A stretch of DNA of 59,854 nucleotides, filler included, from Jimgerdemannia flammicorona (taxonomy: Eukaryota): assembly GCA_003990765.1 (NCBI GenBank). It is 2 parts of 2 records of this genome, joined end to end, with 100 filler letters (N's around TTAATTAATTAA, not from the genome) between each part and the next. Parts side by side here need not be neighbours in the genome. Positions count along the whole stretch, not along the records: positions 1 to 29,882 come from RBNJ01000464.1; 1 more part is not named here. One strand, 5' to 3'. Position 1 is the first letter of the stretch. The number at the start of each line of letters is the position of its first letter. The notes beneath the pieces were generated by a model, which saw only the letters and a list, made by a program, of their open reading frames with translations, made no database searches and had not been told where the DNA came from. The translations under genes and the position numbers were made by a program. Shown one piece after another: positions 1 to 12,850 of the stretch.

Positions 1-199
1 TCCTTGTCCACCTGCCAGCAACCCCCTCATGCTCCCCCCCAGGCCTGGGCCCCTCCCAACTTACTGCCATTCAAATGTGCTTAGGCCACCCTGCTCAGTA
101 CACACCTCAGCTCGCCTATTGGTTGTCATGTTGTTAGTCTCTTTTCTCCAAAAACAATGTTGTGAGTACCTTCCAAAGGTTGTGTAACCTGAATGGTAC

Positions 200-2215
200 C
201 AGAGAAAGATGAGGCCTGTTCTTCTTTCTTACTATACTTAGTTATTTGAGTAAGGATAGTAGTAATCTTGATAAAGTTTATAACAAATTACTGGTAATAG
301 TTTGCTAGTCCTAGGAATAACTATAGGTCTTTCAGCTTCTTAGATCTTGACTATTTCTTAATTGTAGAGATTTTGCTGGAGTCTACTTTGATTCTATTAG
401 AAATGACAATATATCTAAGAAATTGAATTTTCTTTAGGAGAAATTTACATTTGCTGAGTTTTGCAAAGAGTCAGTTTTCTCAAAGCTTCAATAGTACTAG
501 TTTTCAAGGTGTTCAAGATATTCCTCTAAGGTTTTGCTGAAGACTAGGATGTCATCAATATAGATAATAATAAATTTGTCCAGATATAGATATAGAATGA
601 TATTTATCAGTATCTGGAAGATTGCAGGAGTATTAGTTAAGCCAAAAGATATAAACAGAAACTTGAAATATCTATAATGAGTTTGGAAAGTAGTTTTATA
701 GATATCTTTTTTCTTTATAGTAATTTGCCAATAGCTATTTCATAGGTCAAAAAAGCTCATACATAAACTGTGGGTTAGTAAGCCTATCAAATATTTTATT
801 GATTTGGAGAAGTGGACAATAGTTCTTAATAATCTGTTCATTGAAGTCTTAGTAATCAATATATATTTACATGTTTCTTCCTTTCTTAATAATAAAGAAG
901 ACTGGTATACTATATAGTGATATACTAAGTCTAATAAATCCTTATTCAAGGAGTTCATCAATTTCTTTCTTAAGTATATCAATTTCTCTAAGAGATATGT
1001 GATAGATTAACTTGAAGACAGGCTTGATATCTGAAATAGTCTTGATGATATGGTCTACTACTTGTTTAGATAGTAGGCCTTTTGGGAGTTTCTTTGGGAA
1101 TATATGTATCTTAGAATTTCTAGAGTAAGGGTCTGACATGGCTGTTGTCTTTGGAAAAGTCTTCTTTGAGATTCTTGGGTTCTCCTTTGGATGGTCAGAT
1201 AGAAATAGCAAAGAGAGGGCATTTCTTGGTTAGTTTTTTAAGTTGTAAATTATTGATATAAGTGATCTTTGGACCTAGATTACTAGAACTGAGTGGGTCT
1301 TTTTGTCTTGCAGTTTGAAATTGTGGTGTCCTTTCTTGATAGTTAGAGAATAGTTTACCTAATTGATTATAGAGTTCTCTTATTTTAATCATGAGATCTT
1401 AATAATGATTTCATTATTAGAAAGTATATAATTTAGAGTATAATATATACTTAATAATTGCCAATTCTGAAGGGTAGGTTACAGACTTTCTTACTAATAA
1501 TATGAGAGGTTCCATCAGCTATAGCAATAGCTTGAGTCTGTTATACTAGAGAGGTTAGGACCTTGAGTCTGTTAGCTGTTTCTTTGTTGATAAAGTTATC
1601 TGAGGTACTGCTGTCTATTATAATTTTGACAGATATTCAATTGACAAAAGCTTGAAAAGTAAGTAGTTTGTCTGATCCAATGGTAGTAATTTTAGTTATA
1701 AGAGATTTCCTTCTGTTAGTTCTTTGGACTAGTTCATTGATACAAAAGAAGTAAACATCAATCATTTTGAAAGAGTACATTCCAATACTATGGAAGCATC
1801 AGCTACTTAATATAAATCCATCTTTAATTTTCTTATAGAATTATTCCTCCTTATTTATAGTAGATTGGGCTGGGGCCTTGTTTGATGAGCTGAATCCTTT
1901 AGATCTTCTAATAGTAGATAGTAGTTCTAGGACTTTCTTGATTGTCAGAGTTGATTCAATTTTCTCAAATAGGATCTGAGTAATATAGTAATCAATAGGG
2001 ATCTTAAATAGTGTCTAACTATGATTTCAGATGAGAATAATTATTTTGCCTATATAATCTTCATCAATAATTTCTCCTTCTATCAAAAGTTCTTTTAATA
2101 CCAGACTGCTATAATAATATATCCTTCTAATATATTATTCAGAAATTTGAATACTAATCTTTGTATAGACTTGCTTAACTTCTCAGTTAGAAACTATAGC
2201 TTTTTCTATAAAAGA
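200..2215 (-). mobile_element. Degenerate Ty3/Gypsy pol fragment (copy A): dUTPase - aspartic protease - reverse transcriptase
   Basis: Minus-strand translation gives IIYIDDILV (~545-570), LFAKLSKCKF (~445-470), protease VKIIIDSSTSDNFI (~1590-1630), dUTPase GEIIDEDY (~2055-2080) and KGFSSS (~1885-1900). Many stops. Colinear with ~14440-16350. Confidence 0.9.
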
Positions 2216-2221
2216 GTTTTA

Positions 2222-3165
2222 TATAAGTACTATTATATAGTTCTGAAAGGGTTTTCTAGAAGTTCTGGATATTCTGGAAGACTGTTTTCTTAAGTTCAAG
2301 ATCAATTTTATATGGAGTATATCCTCTATACTTATTGATTTCTAGATTGAATTAACATCTCAACTAAAGTCTCTTTTTGGACTAGTTCTAGATATTTAGG
2401 ATTTCTGTATTTCAGAAAGTTCAAGAAACTAAGACCAGCTTAGTTGAATCAACATATTACTACAGATAATACCCAATTAGGAAATTTTGTAATATGGTTA
2501 GGGTGAGACTTAATGGGGTTTAGATTTACTCAAGAGTGGTTTATGAGTTATTAAATAAGTTTATTCACTATTCATGATATTACTATACTAGGAGTAGTTG
2601 TATAAAGGGATATTATGTGAGAGGTGTTCAGGGGATGTTATGTGTTTAGATCTATTCAAGTCTCCATTTCTAAGATCTGAGAGAGGGGGTATTTACACTA
2701 ATGAAAAGCTATTTAGACTATACTAATTATAGATATAGTACTTAGTATCTTACTAAGTTAAAATATAGTCATATAGTATAAGTGTAAACTGATATATCAA
2801 AAGATCATCTGACTGCTGAGTTAGTATATAGTTATATTATATGAGGCTAATCTAATTATACTAATGACTGCTAAGCTATCTATAGATTTAGATACTATCT
2901 GGATAGTCTTTGATAATATCACTATTGATGATATTATCTCTGATAAAGTAGTCATCTAGGAAGAGTGGTTTTTGGATTACTTCTCTCTGTTCACTCAGGT
3001 AATAATACATTGGGACTATATCACTATTCCACAAGATAGCATTATCTATTTCATATATCAGATAAGGTATCAGTGAGCAGAGAAGGGGTATATTATCTTT
3101 ACTTTCATTGGATTCACTATCTGCATATCTTCTATAAGTAATGGTACTATATATTGCTAGATTAT
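2222..3165 (-). repeat. LTR of the dUTPase-Gypsy family (about 0.95 kb)
   Basis: Aligns by eye with 18470-19415 (direct) and 22007-22850 (inverted). Confidence 0.8.
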
Positions 3166-3199
3166 AGTTGTGAAGGCAGTCAGCAGTTAAGTTGTAATG

Positions 3200-6100
3200 G
3201 AGAGAGTGTGTACTGATGAAGAGGTAGTCTCCATCATGTGGTGGACATAGGGGGTTCCATTTTGTACATCTAGCAATAGACCCAGTATACCAGGCACATG
3301 TTCTTGTCCTTCAGAAGTACTGGAATAGAGCAGGAGGTTTTGAAGAGAGAGTCAGTGTGCATTCCTTGATTATGTCTGCAGTGAGAACCATTTCAGTAAG
3401 CCAGTCACCTTGGTCACCCCAGAAATCCATGGTCACCCAACATTGGACAAAGTTACTTACAATATACTATGATATATAAAGCACCAAAAGGGTATGGGTT
3501 TTCTTACCATGCAGGACCCACTACTTGATAGAGTCAAAGGGGCCCAAAGAGGTCAACTAGTGGATGAGAACAGAGACATCCCACCACTGGGCCTTATCCT
3601 TAAGTAGGGGGGGGTGTAAGTTTCCCACCCCCTGAATGAGGTGAGAGACTGTAGGGAGTTTGGAGAAATGGACACCATTGATGGCAGGGGTCTATCAGCT
3701 GATGGTGGTGTAGATGCCACAGAGTTGTCGGGTGCTCATACTCTCATAAAAGAGATGGATAAGGTAGTTCATCTGCTGCTTGGTAGATGCATGAAGGGGA
3801 TCAATATACCATTGATAATACCAATAGACATAGTGTTGGTAGGCAGACTTGTAGTTCTTATAGAAAGAGGTCCAGATACTAGTGTAGATGAGGTTGCAAG
3901 CTAGCTTCATCAATGCCATGGTGTCTGGGAAGTACCACTGATCAGCCAGACAAGGGTATACCAATGGTGCATCTGTATAGTCACTATCAGAGCCCAATGT
4001 GGAAGGAGAATCAGGGGGGCTACCACTATCTCCAGGAGTTCAGACCACCAGCTCTGTCATGGCCAGAAAGGAGTGATGAGGATAAGATGAGAGTATCGGT
4101 CTTCCTTCATCTTGTGGAGTGTACAATTGATCAGGATCCAAGGAGGGTTCACATATGCTCTAGTTGGTGGCCAGTGGTGTCGAAAAGCATCTATCCCCAA
4201 GGCTTTGGGGTCAGATCACTAGCTGTAGAAGAGGCGGGTCTGTGTGGTCATTCATAAGGTGAATAGGTCGAGTTGAGCCAAGTCTCACAGGTGGTGTAGA
4301 CATCAGAACACCACTGGGTGCAGCTTCCAGTCATCAGGGTCAGGATGGAGGTAGCTCAAAAAGTCTGCCCAAACATTCTCTGAACCTGGGAGGTATTCTG
4401 TAAAGAGGCAAATGTAGTGTGTTATATAGATCAAGTGAATGTACATTACAATAGCATAGAGGTGGTGGAGAGAGCCTCTCTGTTTGTTGACGAATGCCCA
4501 TGTGGTCATATTGTCTGTCTGGACCAGAACTATATAGTTCTGTCAGTGGTGTGAGTTGATCTGAAGGGCAAAGAGAACTGTCTTCAGCTCGTGGTAGTTG
4601 ATGGACAGGTGGCACTCTGAGGATGTCCAGGTACCAACTGCCTGCTATGTGGCATGACTGATGTTGGTAGTGGAGGAGGAGATCTTGAAACCCCATTCCA
4701 TATTGCTGGCATCTGTATCTACCATAATCTCGGAGACCTCAGTGAGGAGAGAGCAGCTGTTCCATCCCAGCAGTTCATGGGACCACCAATGGAGGTTGGT
4801 CAATGATACCCAGAAAAGTGTCATCTATCTGTTCCAATCAGAGTGGTAGAGGGCAGCCTGTATATCACAGATGAGTACCCAAATATGAAAGCATATCGGG
4901 AAGATGGCCTGGGTTGTGGAATTGCAGAGGCCAACCAGAAAGGCCACCTTGTGGATTGGGATGCTGGATTCGGAGGCCCAATGGAGGAGGGAGGCCATCT
5001 CCTTACAGATCTTACATACCTTGTCCCTTGGCAGACATAGCTCTATAGCATTGGTATCTATCAGAAACCCAAAGAATGTCTGAACTTACTTAGGGTCTAA
5101 TGTGCATTTCATTAGATAAAGGAGGAACCCCAAGGTCTTCAGGTAGTTGCAGACCATCTGGCCATAGTAAATAGCTTTGTCATAGCTAGAGGCCAGAAGG
5201 CAGATGTCATTGATATAGTAGGTGAGACAAATGCTGCATTGCTATAGTGGTTCCAAAACAGTAGCCATCATCTTCATCCAGATTCAAGGGGCCAAAGATA
5301 GGCTAAATGGTATGGCCTAAAATTTCCAGTTAATTTGTTGCCATTGGAAGGCTAGAAACTATTGATCAGTGGGGTGGAGGAAAATGTGGAGGTAGGTATC
5401 CTTGATGTCTATCTTGATGAGGAAGTCCCCTGGGTGTACTATGTGGTGGAGTATTTGAATATCTTCCATCTTAAAGTACAATTGCTGCACAAACTCATTC
5501 AGTGAACATACATCAAGACAGACCCAATTCTTATTAATCTGGGGAATGGTGAAGATGCTGGAGAAGAAGAGCTCTTCTCTGGATTGGACCTCATAAGTGG
5601 TTCCTTTATTGTAGAAGTTCTGGATGGTGGTGTCCACCAGGGCTTTTTCCATAGTGGTCATGCCTCATTTATATGAAAAGTAGGGCTGAATATATAGCAG
5701 TATTGGGAAGTGTATCCAATTGATGTGTGTCTTGCCATAGGCTATGTCATTTGCCCAGCAGTCAACTCCTAGGGCTTGCCAAACTGATTTGGAGACCTGA
5801 GCCAGATGGGCACCTACCTTGGAGATATTGGGCACCTTTGGGACTAAGGAGTGATATATGGGGGAATCCTTCAGAGATTGGTGGTGGGTATTGTTGTGCC
5901 TAGCCCTGGTGTCTAGCTTTGAAAGCCACCTCACTAACTTGGGGTGTGGTTCTGAGAAGATTGGAGAGAGTGGCAGAAGTTGGAGTATTGGTCACTCCAG
6001 AATCCATTTCCCTGGCCCTGGCTCCTAGAGATGAATTTGCCATGGGTGGAGGAGGAGTTATTCCAAGGGGTAGAGGGCTTACTAGAGGCTGCTCAAACCA

Positions 6101-6866
6101 TGAGTCAGTGTTTCTGGTGTTTTACATCATCCTGGAAGCAGCAGATGAAGTCAGTACCAAAGAGATCACCATCATACTCAGAGCCAGATGTGACTATGTG
6201 GTATGTGGAGATAAGAGCAGGGGACCATCCTGCAGCTTTGGCAAGGTCAACCCAATAGTGAATATAGATATTTTCTGTCTTGTGGAATCTGATCTGAAGG
6301 AAGTCTTGGAGTTTTTCCACCATAGGAGTAATGACAGTATTGTGGACCAAGCCTTGATGAACATTGGCCCCATCACTCTATGGTTCAAGGATATGGAGGA
6401 GAATGGCAATGGGGCAGAGCATGTTGTAGATTGTGTATTGTGAGTCAGTGAGGATGCAGTTGGCATCTCGAGTGGCTTTGGGGAAATCATCAAGGAATAC
6501 CTCATCAATGGAGAGAGTTCGAAAGACACCACTCTTGGGCTCCGGGTTATAGTGGATGAGCTTCCTAAGGCTGGGAGGAGTGAGATATATATAGATATAT
6601 TTAGTGGGAATGATGTCAGTGAAGGTAGGCAGGACATGAAAATGGCCAAGAGCTCTCATTCTTGTGGCTATAAGGAATTCCTCATCACTGCCATCATCAT
6701 TGACAGGGGCATTGTCATTCATACCATTGGAGTGCCCATCAGGTCCAGAGACCAGGCCCCTGGTATATCCCATTTATCAGAGGAAGAGAAAATTGATGAT
6801 ATACTGTTGTTCACATTTAATCATGATAGCTAGATCCAATAGTGCAGAGCAGAGGCTGACCACAAC
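3200..6866 (-). mobile_element. DIRS-type tyrosine-recombinase retrotransposon, degenerate: gag - RT - RNase H - DAM methylase - YR N-terminus
   Basis: Minus strand: KIDIKDTYLHI (~5385-5420), LTYYINDICLL (mutated YIDD, ~5195-5228), RNase H VDTDASNMEWG (~4690-4725), DNMTTWAFVNKQ, EYLPGSENVWADFLS, methylase IDAFRHHWP...AYVNPPWIL (~4130-4195), and a recombinase SAM-like segment SFYKNYKSAYQHY (~3830-3870). About 160-250 bp of its 5' part resumes after the hAT at 12874. Confidence 0.85.
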
Positions 6867-6899
6867 TAGTGTATTGCAACCCAAGCCAACTCAAGTATA

Positions 6900-7255
6900 T
6901 ATTTAACCTGACCCAGAATTATACATTACCCATCTTTAACCCAACCCAGAATTATATATCACCCATCTTTAACCCAATCCAGAATAATATATCACCCATC
7001 TTTAACCTGACCTGGAATAATATGTCACCTGTCTTTAACCTGATCTGGAATTATACATCACCCATCTTTAACCTGATCTGGAAATATACATCATCTGTCT
7101 TTAACCTGATTCAGAATTATACATAACCCATCTTTAACCAAACCTGAGAAATATATGTGACCCAACCCAAGAAATATATGTGACCTGATCTGAGAAATAT
7201 ATGTAACCTGACCCTGACCCATATTTAACCCAATACAGACCCATCTTTAATCTGC
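6900..7255 (+). repeat. Left subterminal 33-bp tandem repeats of the hAT (TTTAACCYRACCCAGAATTATACATCACCCATC-like)
   Basis: About 7 full units with a 33-bp period (6902, 6935, ...) followed by shorter variants. Confidence 0.9.
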
Positions 7256-7429
7256 CTTTAAGCTACAAGGCACCAAAAAAAATATATTACACATCTAAGA
7301 TATATATTTAGAATAAACAAACAGAAACATAATTAGGAATCAGAAATTAAAATAAAATCAGAAATAAATAGGAAGTAAATCAGAAAAATAAAGAACTTAC
7401 TGGTGTGAACAGATCTTACTCTTCATTGC

Positions 7430-8790
7430 TATAAACCAACTGATCCTCCTCCTCTTTATCACTATAAACCAACTAATTCTCCTCCTTCTCATATTCTGAA
7501 CCATCTTCCTCCATATATTCCGAACTGCTTTCCTCTATATCCTCCTCCTCTATATCCTCCTCTGCACTGACCTCCTCCATGCCAACCTCTATTTCATCCT
7601 CTATGCTGATCTCTCCATGTTCCTCCATACTAACCTCCCTGTATTCCTCCACACTGATCTCTCTGTATTCCTCCATGCCGACCTCCCTATATTCCTCCAT
7701 GCCAACCCCCCCATATTCCTCCGCACTGACCTCCCCTATGCTGACCTCTCTATGTTCTTCCACACCAATCTCTTCCATGTCAACCTCCCCATGTTCCTCT
7801 ATGCCAACCTCCCCTGCACCGACCTCTCCTGTACTGACCTCCCCCATGCCAACCTCCCCCATACCAACCTCTCCACCAACCTCTCTACTGGCACCAACTC
7901 CTCCATCAGCACCAACCTCTCCCACCTCTCCATCTCCTCCACTACCACCCCACTCAACAAAATACACAAGCCTGCCATCTATCAGTTGCATATAAAGTAT
8001 TTTGTCATTCTTTACTGGTACTTATTCAAATATGGCCAGTAGTTTTTCATGTTCATCCATGATGATAATTCTATCTGGACAACCTCACTTATTCCATACT
8101 TTGGCATTCACCTTGAAGCTGGTGTGGTATGATAAATGTTCCACAATTTTTGCATGGTTTTCTATCACTCTTATGACTTCTTGCCTCAGTTGGTCATCAT
8201 GTACTTTCTTAATGTATTTGTTGGTCATAGTAAAAGTATGCCTAATGTCCAATTTGTAAGGCCTTTTCTCTGTGAGGTTTGGAGTATCCAGGAAATTGAT
8301 TTGGCAATACTTCTAGGTGGTATTTGGGTAAACTTAATGGCAAAAATGGCAATTGTAGCAAGATTTGTGCTCTGGCCCAGGCTTAGAAGCTGGAGGATAT
8401 GTATATTTCGAATGTTATTAGGAAAAAAATTCAGATATTGATTTAAAAAGAAAAAAAAAAAAAAAACTAACTTTTTCAAGCTGCATTATTGGAATCTAGT
8501 GGGGGACCTTGTGCTTGTGGACCAGTAGTGAGCTGGCAGTTAAGCTGGAGATTGGGGAGCTGAGGGTCAGCAAGCTGAGAGTCGGCGAGTTTGGTAACCT
8601 GAGTGTTAGTAAGCTCGGCAGGCTGGGTGTCAGCAAGCTTGGCAGGCTGGGTGTTGGCAAGCTTAATAGGCTGGGTGTCAGCAAGCTGGGCATCTTTAGG
8701 ATACCAAGCTTTGGGATGGCGAGCTGAAGCACATTGAGCTTAGGGGGGGCCAAGTAAATACTTATTGGCCAGATAGTTATATCCACGTTT
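7430..8790 (-). pseudogene. Spliced cargo gene of unknown function inside the hAT (Ser/Pro repeats, Cys-containing globular region, acidic tail)
   Basis: GTTAG donor at ~8471 and CCAG acceptor at ~8390 on the minus strand. One reading frame from ~8388 (SKPGPEHKSCYNCHFCH*...) with four stops runs into ORF 7473-7991 (YFVEW followed by E/G-rich repeats). Confidence 0.55.
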
Positions 8791-9109
8791 TCTCAACATA
8801 GCAGTAAATTAAGTGAGGCAAAGTGAAAGTGAAGGATAAGGCAAAAAGAATGAGAGGCAAAAGTAAGCTTTCGATATCTTAAATGTTCAAAAGCTATAAT
8901 ATCTTTCAGAAGCTCTTTCAGAATCTCTCTGAAATCTCTTTCAGAAGCTCTTTCCGAATCTCTTTGAAATCTCTTTCAGAATCTCTTCAAAATCTCTTTC
9001 AAAACCCATTTCTAAATTGTATATTGTTTGCAATCTGAGGAATGAGAGTGAGGGAGGTGGAGGAATATGTGAGGGTTGTGCAAGAGGAGTGGAATACAAG
9101 AGGAGTAGA

Positions 9110-9335
9110 ATGCAAGAGGAGTGAAATGTAGTGAGGAAAGCTTTGGATTGCAAGCATAAGCATAAGTATAAGTGCAAGTGCAAGCTTTGCTCTGCTTAGC
9201 TGATAGCTGATATCATGTGATATTAGCTTATTATCAACTTGTCAGACTGAGCAGAGCAAAGCTTATGCTTATGCTTATGCTTATACTTACACTTGCAATC
9301 TGGAGCTTTCCTCACTGCATTCCACTCCTCTCTGT
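9110..9335. repeat. Imperfect palindrome 1 inside the hAT
   Basis: Arms GAGGAGTG..GAGGAAAGCT..GATTGCAAG..GCTTTGCTCTGCT and AGCAGAGCAAAGC..CTTGCAATC..AGCTTTCCTCAC..CACTCCTC surround GCTGATATCATGTGATATTAGC. Confidence 0.85.
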
Positions 9336-9344
9336 GTGATTCAG

Positions 9345-9745
9345 CAGATTCTGCATAAGCCCCAATTGAGCAAGATTTATAATGATGTTTGAGCAAGATT
9401 TGTGGTACATTTGAGTGAGATTTGCAGCAAGGTTCAAGCAAGATTTGCATAAGCCAGACTTTGCAAGCCTTGCACTTGCAAACTCAGCCAATAGCTGATA
9501 TCATGTGATATCAGCTTATATACATGTCATATCAGCTTGTGACTGAGTTTATCTAGGCTTGTAAGTGTAAGGCTTATAAAGTCTGGCTTATACAAATCTC
9601 ACTTTAATCTTATATATAAATCTCACTTACAAATCTCACTTTAATCTTGCTTGTAAATCTTACTTGAACCTTGCTGCAAATCTCACTCAAATGTACTACA
9701 AACCTCACTCAAACATCATTGCAAACCTTGCTCAATGCAGAATAT
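9345..9745. repeat. Imperfect palindrome 2 inside the hAT
   Basis: Arms TTGAGCAAG..TTTGAGTGAGATTTGCAGCAAGGTTCAAG and CTTGAACCTTGCTGCAAATCTCACTCAAA..CTTGCTCAA surround GCTGATATCATGTGATATCAGC. Confidence 0.85.
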
Positions 9746-10097
9746 GCTAAATCTCCAAAGTATGTTTGCTGTTTGCAGTTACGTAATAGATACCAGTTCA
9801 CTACCCATGTATATTTATTCATCCATCCTCTGTTCACAATCGATCATTGGCTATTACATGCCATCTCACTGCTCTCTCTCTTACTGCCCCCCAGCTTGCT
9901 GACTCCTGTTCCAGGCCCCACAGTTCCTGGCTTTTCCCACCACTCGCCGCCTCCCCCCAACTCCCTGCCCCCTAGTTCACTGCCCCCCTCAACTCATTTT
10001 CCAGTTTACTACTCTCTAGCTTGCCACTTCCTAGCCACTTTCCAGCTCTCAGTCTCCCACTCAAGCTCCCAGTCCCTACCATCATCAAACATTTGAA

Positions 10098-12450
10098 ATG
10101 TCTAAAGATCAAGAAGTACATTTAGGAGAAATCTCAGAACTGTTGGATGATATATCAGAGGATATATCAGAGGATATATCAGATATCTCCACCAGTTCAT
10201 TATTATCAATAAGCACGAGAATAAAAATAAAACCAAAACCTGGTGATAGCTGGGTGTAGAATCATACCATAAAGATAGTTTTATATATTGTGCTAATGAT
10301 TGAATTCATAGGAATTGGTCTCATCGGTCATAAGGGTGGGTGGTCAGTTGTAAGCAGTTGAGGTTCTAATATAGTCTCATATCTCTCTATTCAAATAGAA
10401 TTTACAAAGTAAGCTCATCAGTTGCAACCATTGCATGACTTAGAGCTATATATCAAAGGATGGCAATATCAACAATCTTAAATGACATCTCTGGAAGCAT
10501 TACAATGCCATGCTCTTACCTCTCCAGTGTGCTGAGAATCCTCACTGGTCTAAGAAAGATGATATTGTGAGTATGGATAGAATGGAATTCAGGAAGCACT
10601 TAGGAGGTTATTAGAAAAATAATTGATCAAATTTTATTATTACAAATAGGAATATACTAGCAAGACTTTAAGTGATAAAAATTTCTGTTGGCTAATTGCC
10701 AACTTCATTATCACTAGATATCAGCCATTCTCCACTATTGAAAATGCTGGCTTCAAGTATCTCCTTTACATATTATGCCCTGATCTGGCCCTTCTATCGG
10801 CTGATATGATTTCACAAGTTATTTGAAAGGAATTCAAACTATTGTAGACTCAAGTGAAAGCAAGGCTAGTAGGGCTCAAGTTGAAGGTGTCACTTATACT
10901 TGATTGTTAGACATCAGACATTAACATCAAGGCCTTCCTTGGAATAACAGCTCATTGGATTGACAGTGATTGGAAGATGCATGACATTATCTTAGACTTT
11001 GTGAATATTAGCAAAATAACACACATGGGTGCCAATCTTGTGAAAAGTCTGGAGCTGGTAATAGATGATTTATTGCCTAGTGACAATCAAATCATTACTG
11101 TTGTGTGTGACAATACCAGTAACAATGATACTCTGTTTGAGAATCTCCATCATCTGCTCACTCATGTATGCTGTTTCAGGCATATATTGAATCTTGTTAT
11201 TCATGATGCTCTTGGTTCTCTTAGCGAGCCCATTGGAAAGCTATGAGAGTTGATAAAGAAGATCAAAAATTCAGCACAATGACAAGCATAACTGGTGAAG
11301 GTCTGTGAATCCTCTGGAATTCCCATTTTGAAGCCTCTCTTAGATGTTACAATGAGATAGAGTTCTACACATGAAATGTAAGCACATGCTCTGAGGATTT
11401 GTAAGATAAGATTTTAAATCTATTTGTATAGATTTTGGAATACAATTCAGAAGTATTTTGGTACTAAATAAATTGATATTACATCCAAATAGGGCTTGGA
11501 TATATTGTATGCCATAGATAAGCAAATGAGCGATATATCTGAAGATACATGATAACAATTTGAATTGATTTGTCAATTTCTCAAGCCTTTTGCCAAAGTG
11601 ACAACTATGATGTCAGCTTTGAAGTATCCTATAATAGCAGCTGTTATCCCACTATTTAATTGGCTATGTGATCACTTCAAAGATATCATTGATACATATC
11701 AAACTGGTGAATATTTTAATTAGATATATATATAATTTTGAAAGTAATTTTATTTGTAAATTTAGGAATTAATTTAGTAAGTAATTGGGAAGTAATTTGT
11801 ATATATTTTTATTTTTTATAGATAATGCTTACTGCTGCTGAGAATGCACATATGAAACTTCTAAAGTATTACTACAAGACAATACCATTATACAGCATAG
11901 CTTCGGCCTTAGATCTATATATCAACATGTATTATTTTCATCATGAGCAATGGAAAAAATCCTTAATTGATAAATGGAAGAATCAGATGGAACATATCTG
12001 GGAAAAGAAGTATAAGCCTGTTAATGCTATCATTATACCCTCAATATCTCATGATGCTGATGATTTTATCAACTCAATATATGAGAAGAAATAGCATATT
12101 GATATAGATGATGAGCTTGAATAGTGGGTGTTGTTTTTATGTTTTTTGGTTGGCTTGGTTAATTTTCACTCATATTTCTCTGTTTCAGTTATTTATCAGA
12201 GAATCCAGCTGATCCTCATATAGATATACTGGATTGATGGCAGCGAAATCAGTTAGTATATCCTAATCTTTCATGAATGGCTTGCAATTATCTTGCTATT
12301 TTGACAACATCTATTCCATCTGAATATATTTTTTCTATTACTGGTGAGCTAGTAACTGAATGTCGAAACAGCTTGTATGTAAATACAATTCGTATATGCA
12401 TGTGTTTGAATTCTTAATGGTCTTCAGATATTTTTCACTTTCAATTGCTC
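10098..12450 (+). pseudogene. hAT transposase pseudogene (BED finger, DDE core, dimerization domain; intron-containing)
   Basis: DGNINNLK*HLWKH (BED-like), QPFSTIENAGF, FLGITAHWIDSDW, VVCDNTSNN, CFRHILNL (CxxH), DVTMR*SST, and a C-terminal YPNLS*MACNYLAI..SIPSE..FS dimerization motif. Confidence 0.92.
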
Positions 12451-12489
12451 TGAATATTATCCAAATATTTTCCAAATCATTTTTTTAGG

Positions 12490-12850
12490 GCAGAGTTCAG
12501 AGGGTTGGGTTCAGGGTTAGGTTCAGGGGTTGGGTTCAGGGTCAGGTTCAGGGGTTGTGTTCAGGTTTGGATCAAGGGTAAATAATGGGTCGGGTGATAT
12601 ATATTTCCAGGTTGGGTTATAGATGGATTATGTTTAATTCCGGGTCAGGTTAAAGATGGGTAATGTATCTTTCCAGATCAGGTTAAAGATGGGTAATGTA
12701 CAATTCTGGGTCAGGTTAAAGATGAGTGATGTATAATTCCAGGTCAGGTTAAAGATAGGTGATATATAATTCTGGGTTGGGTTAAAGACAGATGACATAT
12801 AATTCCAGGTTGGCTGTTTTATGGATCAGGTTTCGGGTTAATCAGGTTGG
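12490..12850 (-). repeat. Right subterminal repeats of the hAT (reverse complement of the left 33-bp unit, plus GGGTTCAG-type short repeats)
   Basis: Repeated GGTCAGGTTAAAGATGGGTRATGTATAATTC units. Confidence 0.88.

Noticed and set aside
5919..6833. Plus-strand ORFs of 174 and 93 aa
   Set aside because: Antisense shadows of the DIRS gag region.
6900..7140. 33-bp periodic array as a possible CRISPR
   Set aside because: The units are contiguous with no unique spacers, mirrored at the other hAT end, and the context is eukaryotic with no cas genes.
7579..8042. Ser/Pro-rich plus-strand ORFs
   Set aside because: Reverse-strand shadows of the acidic repeat ORF.
12500..12570. GGGTTCAG/GGGTTAG repeats as a telomere
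   Set aside because: Irregular, internal, and part of the hAT subterminal region.
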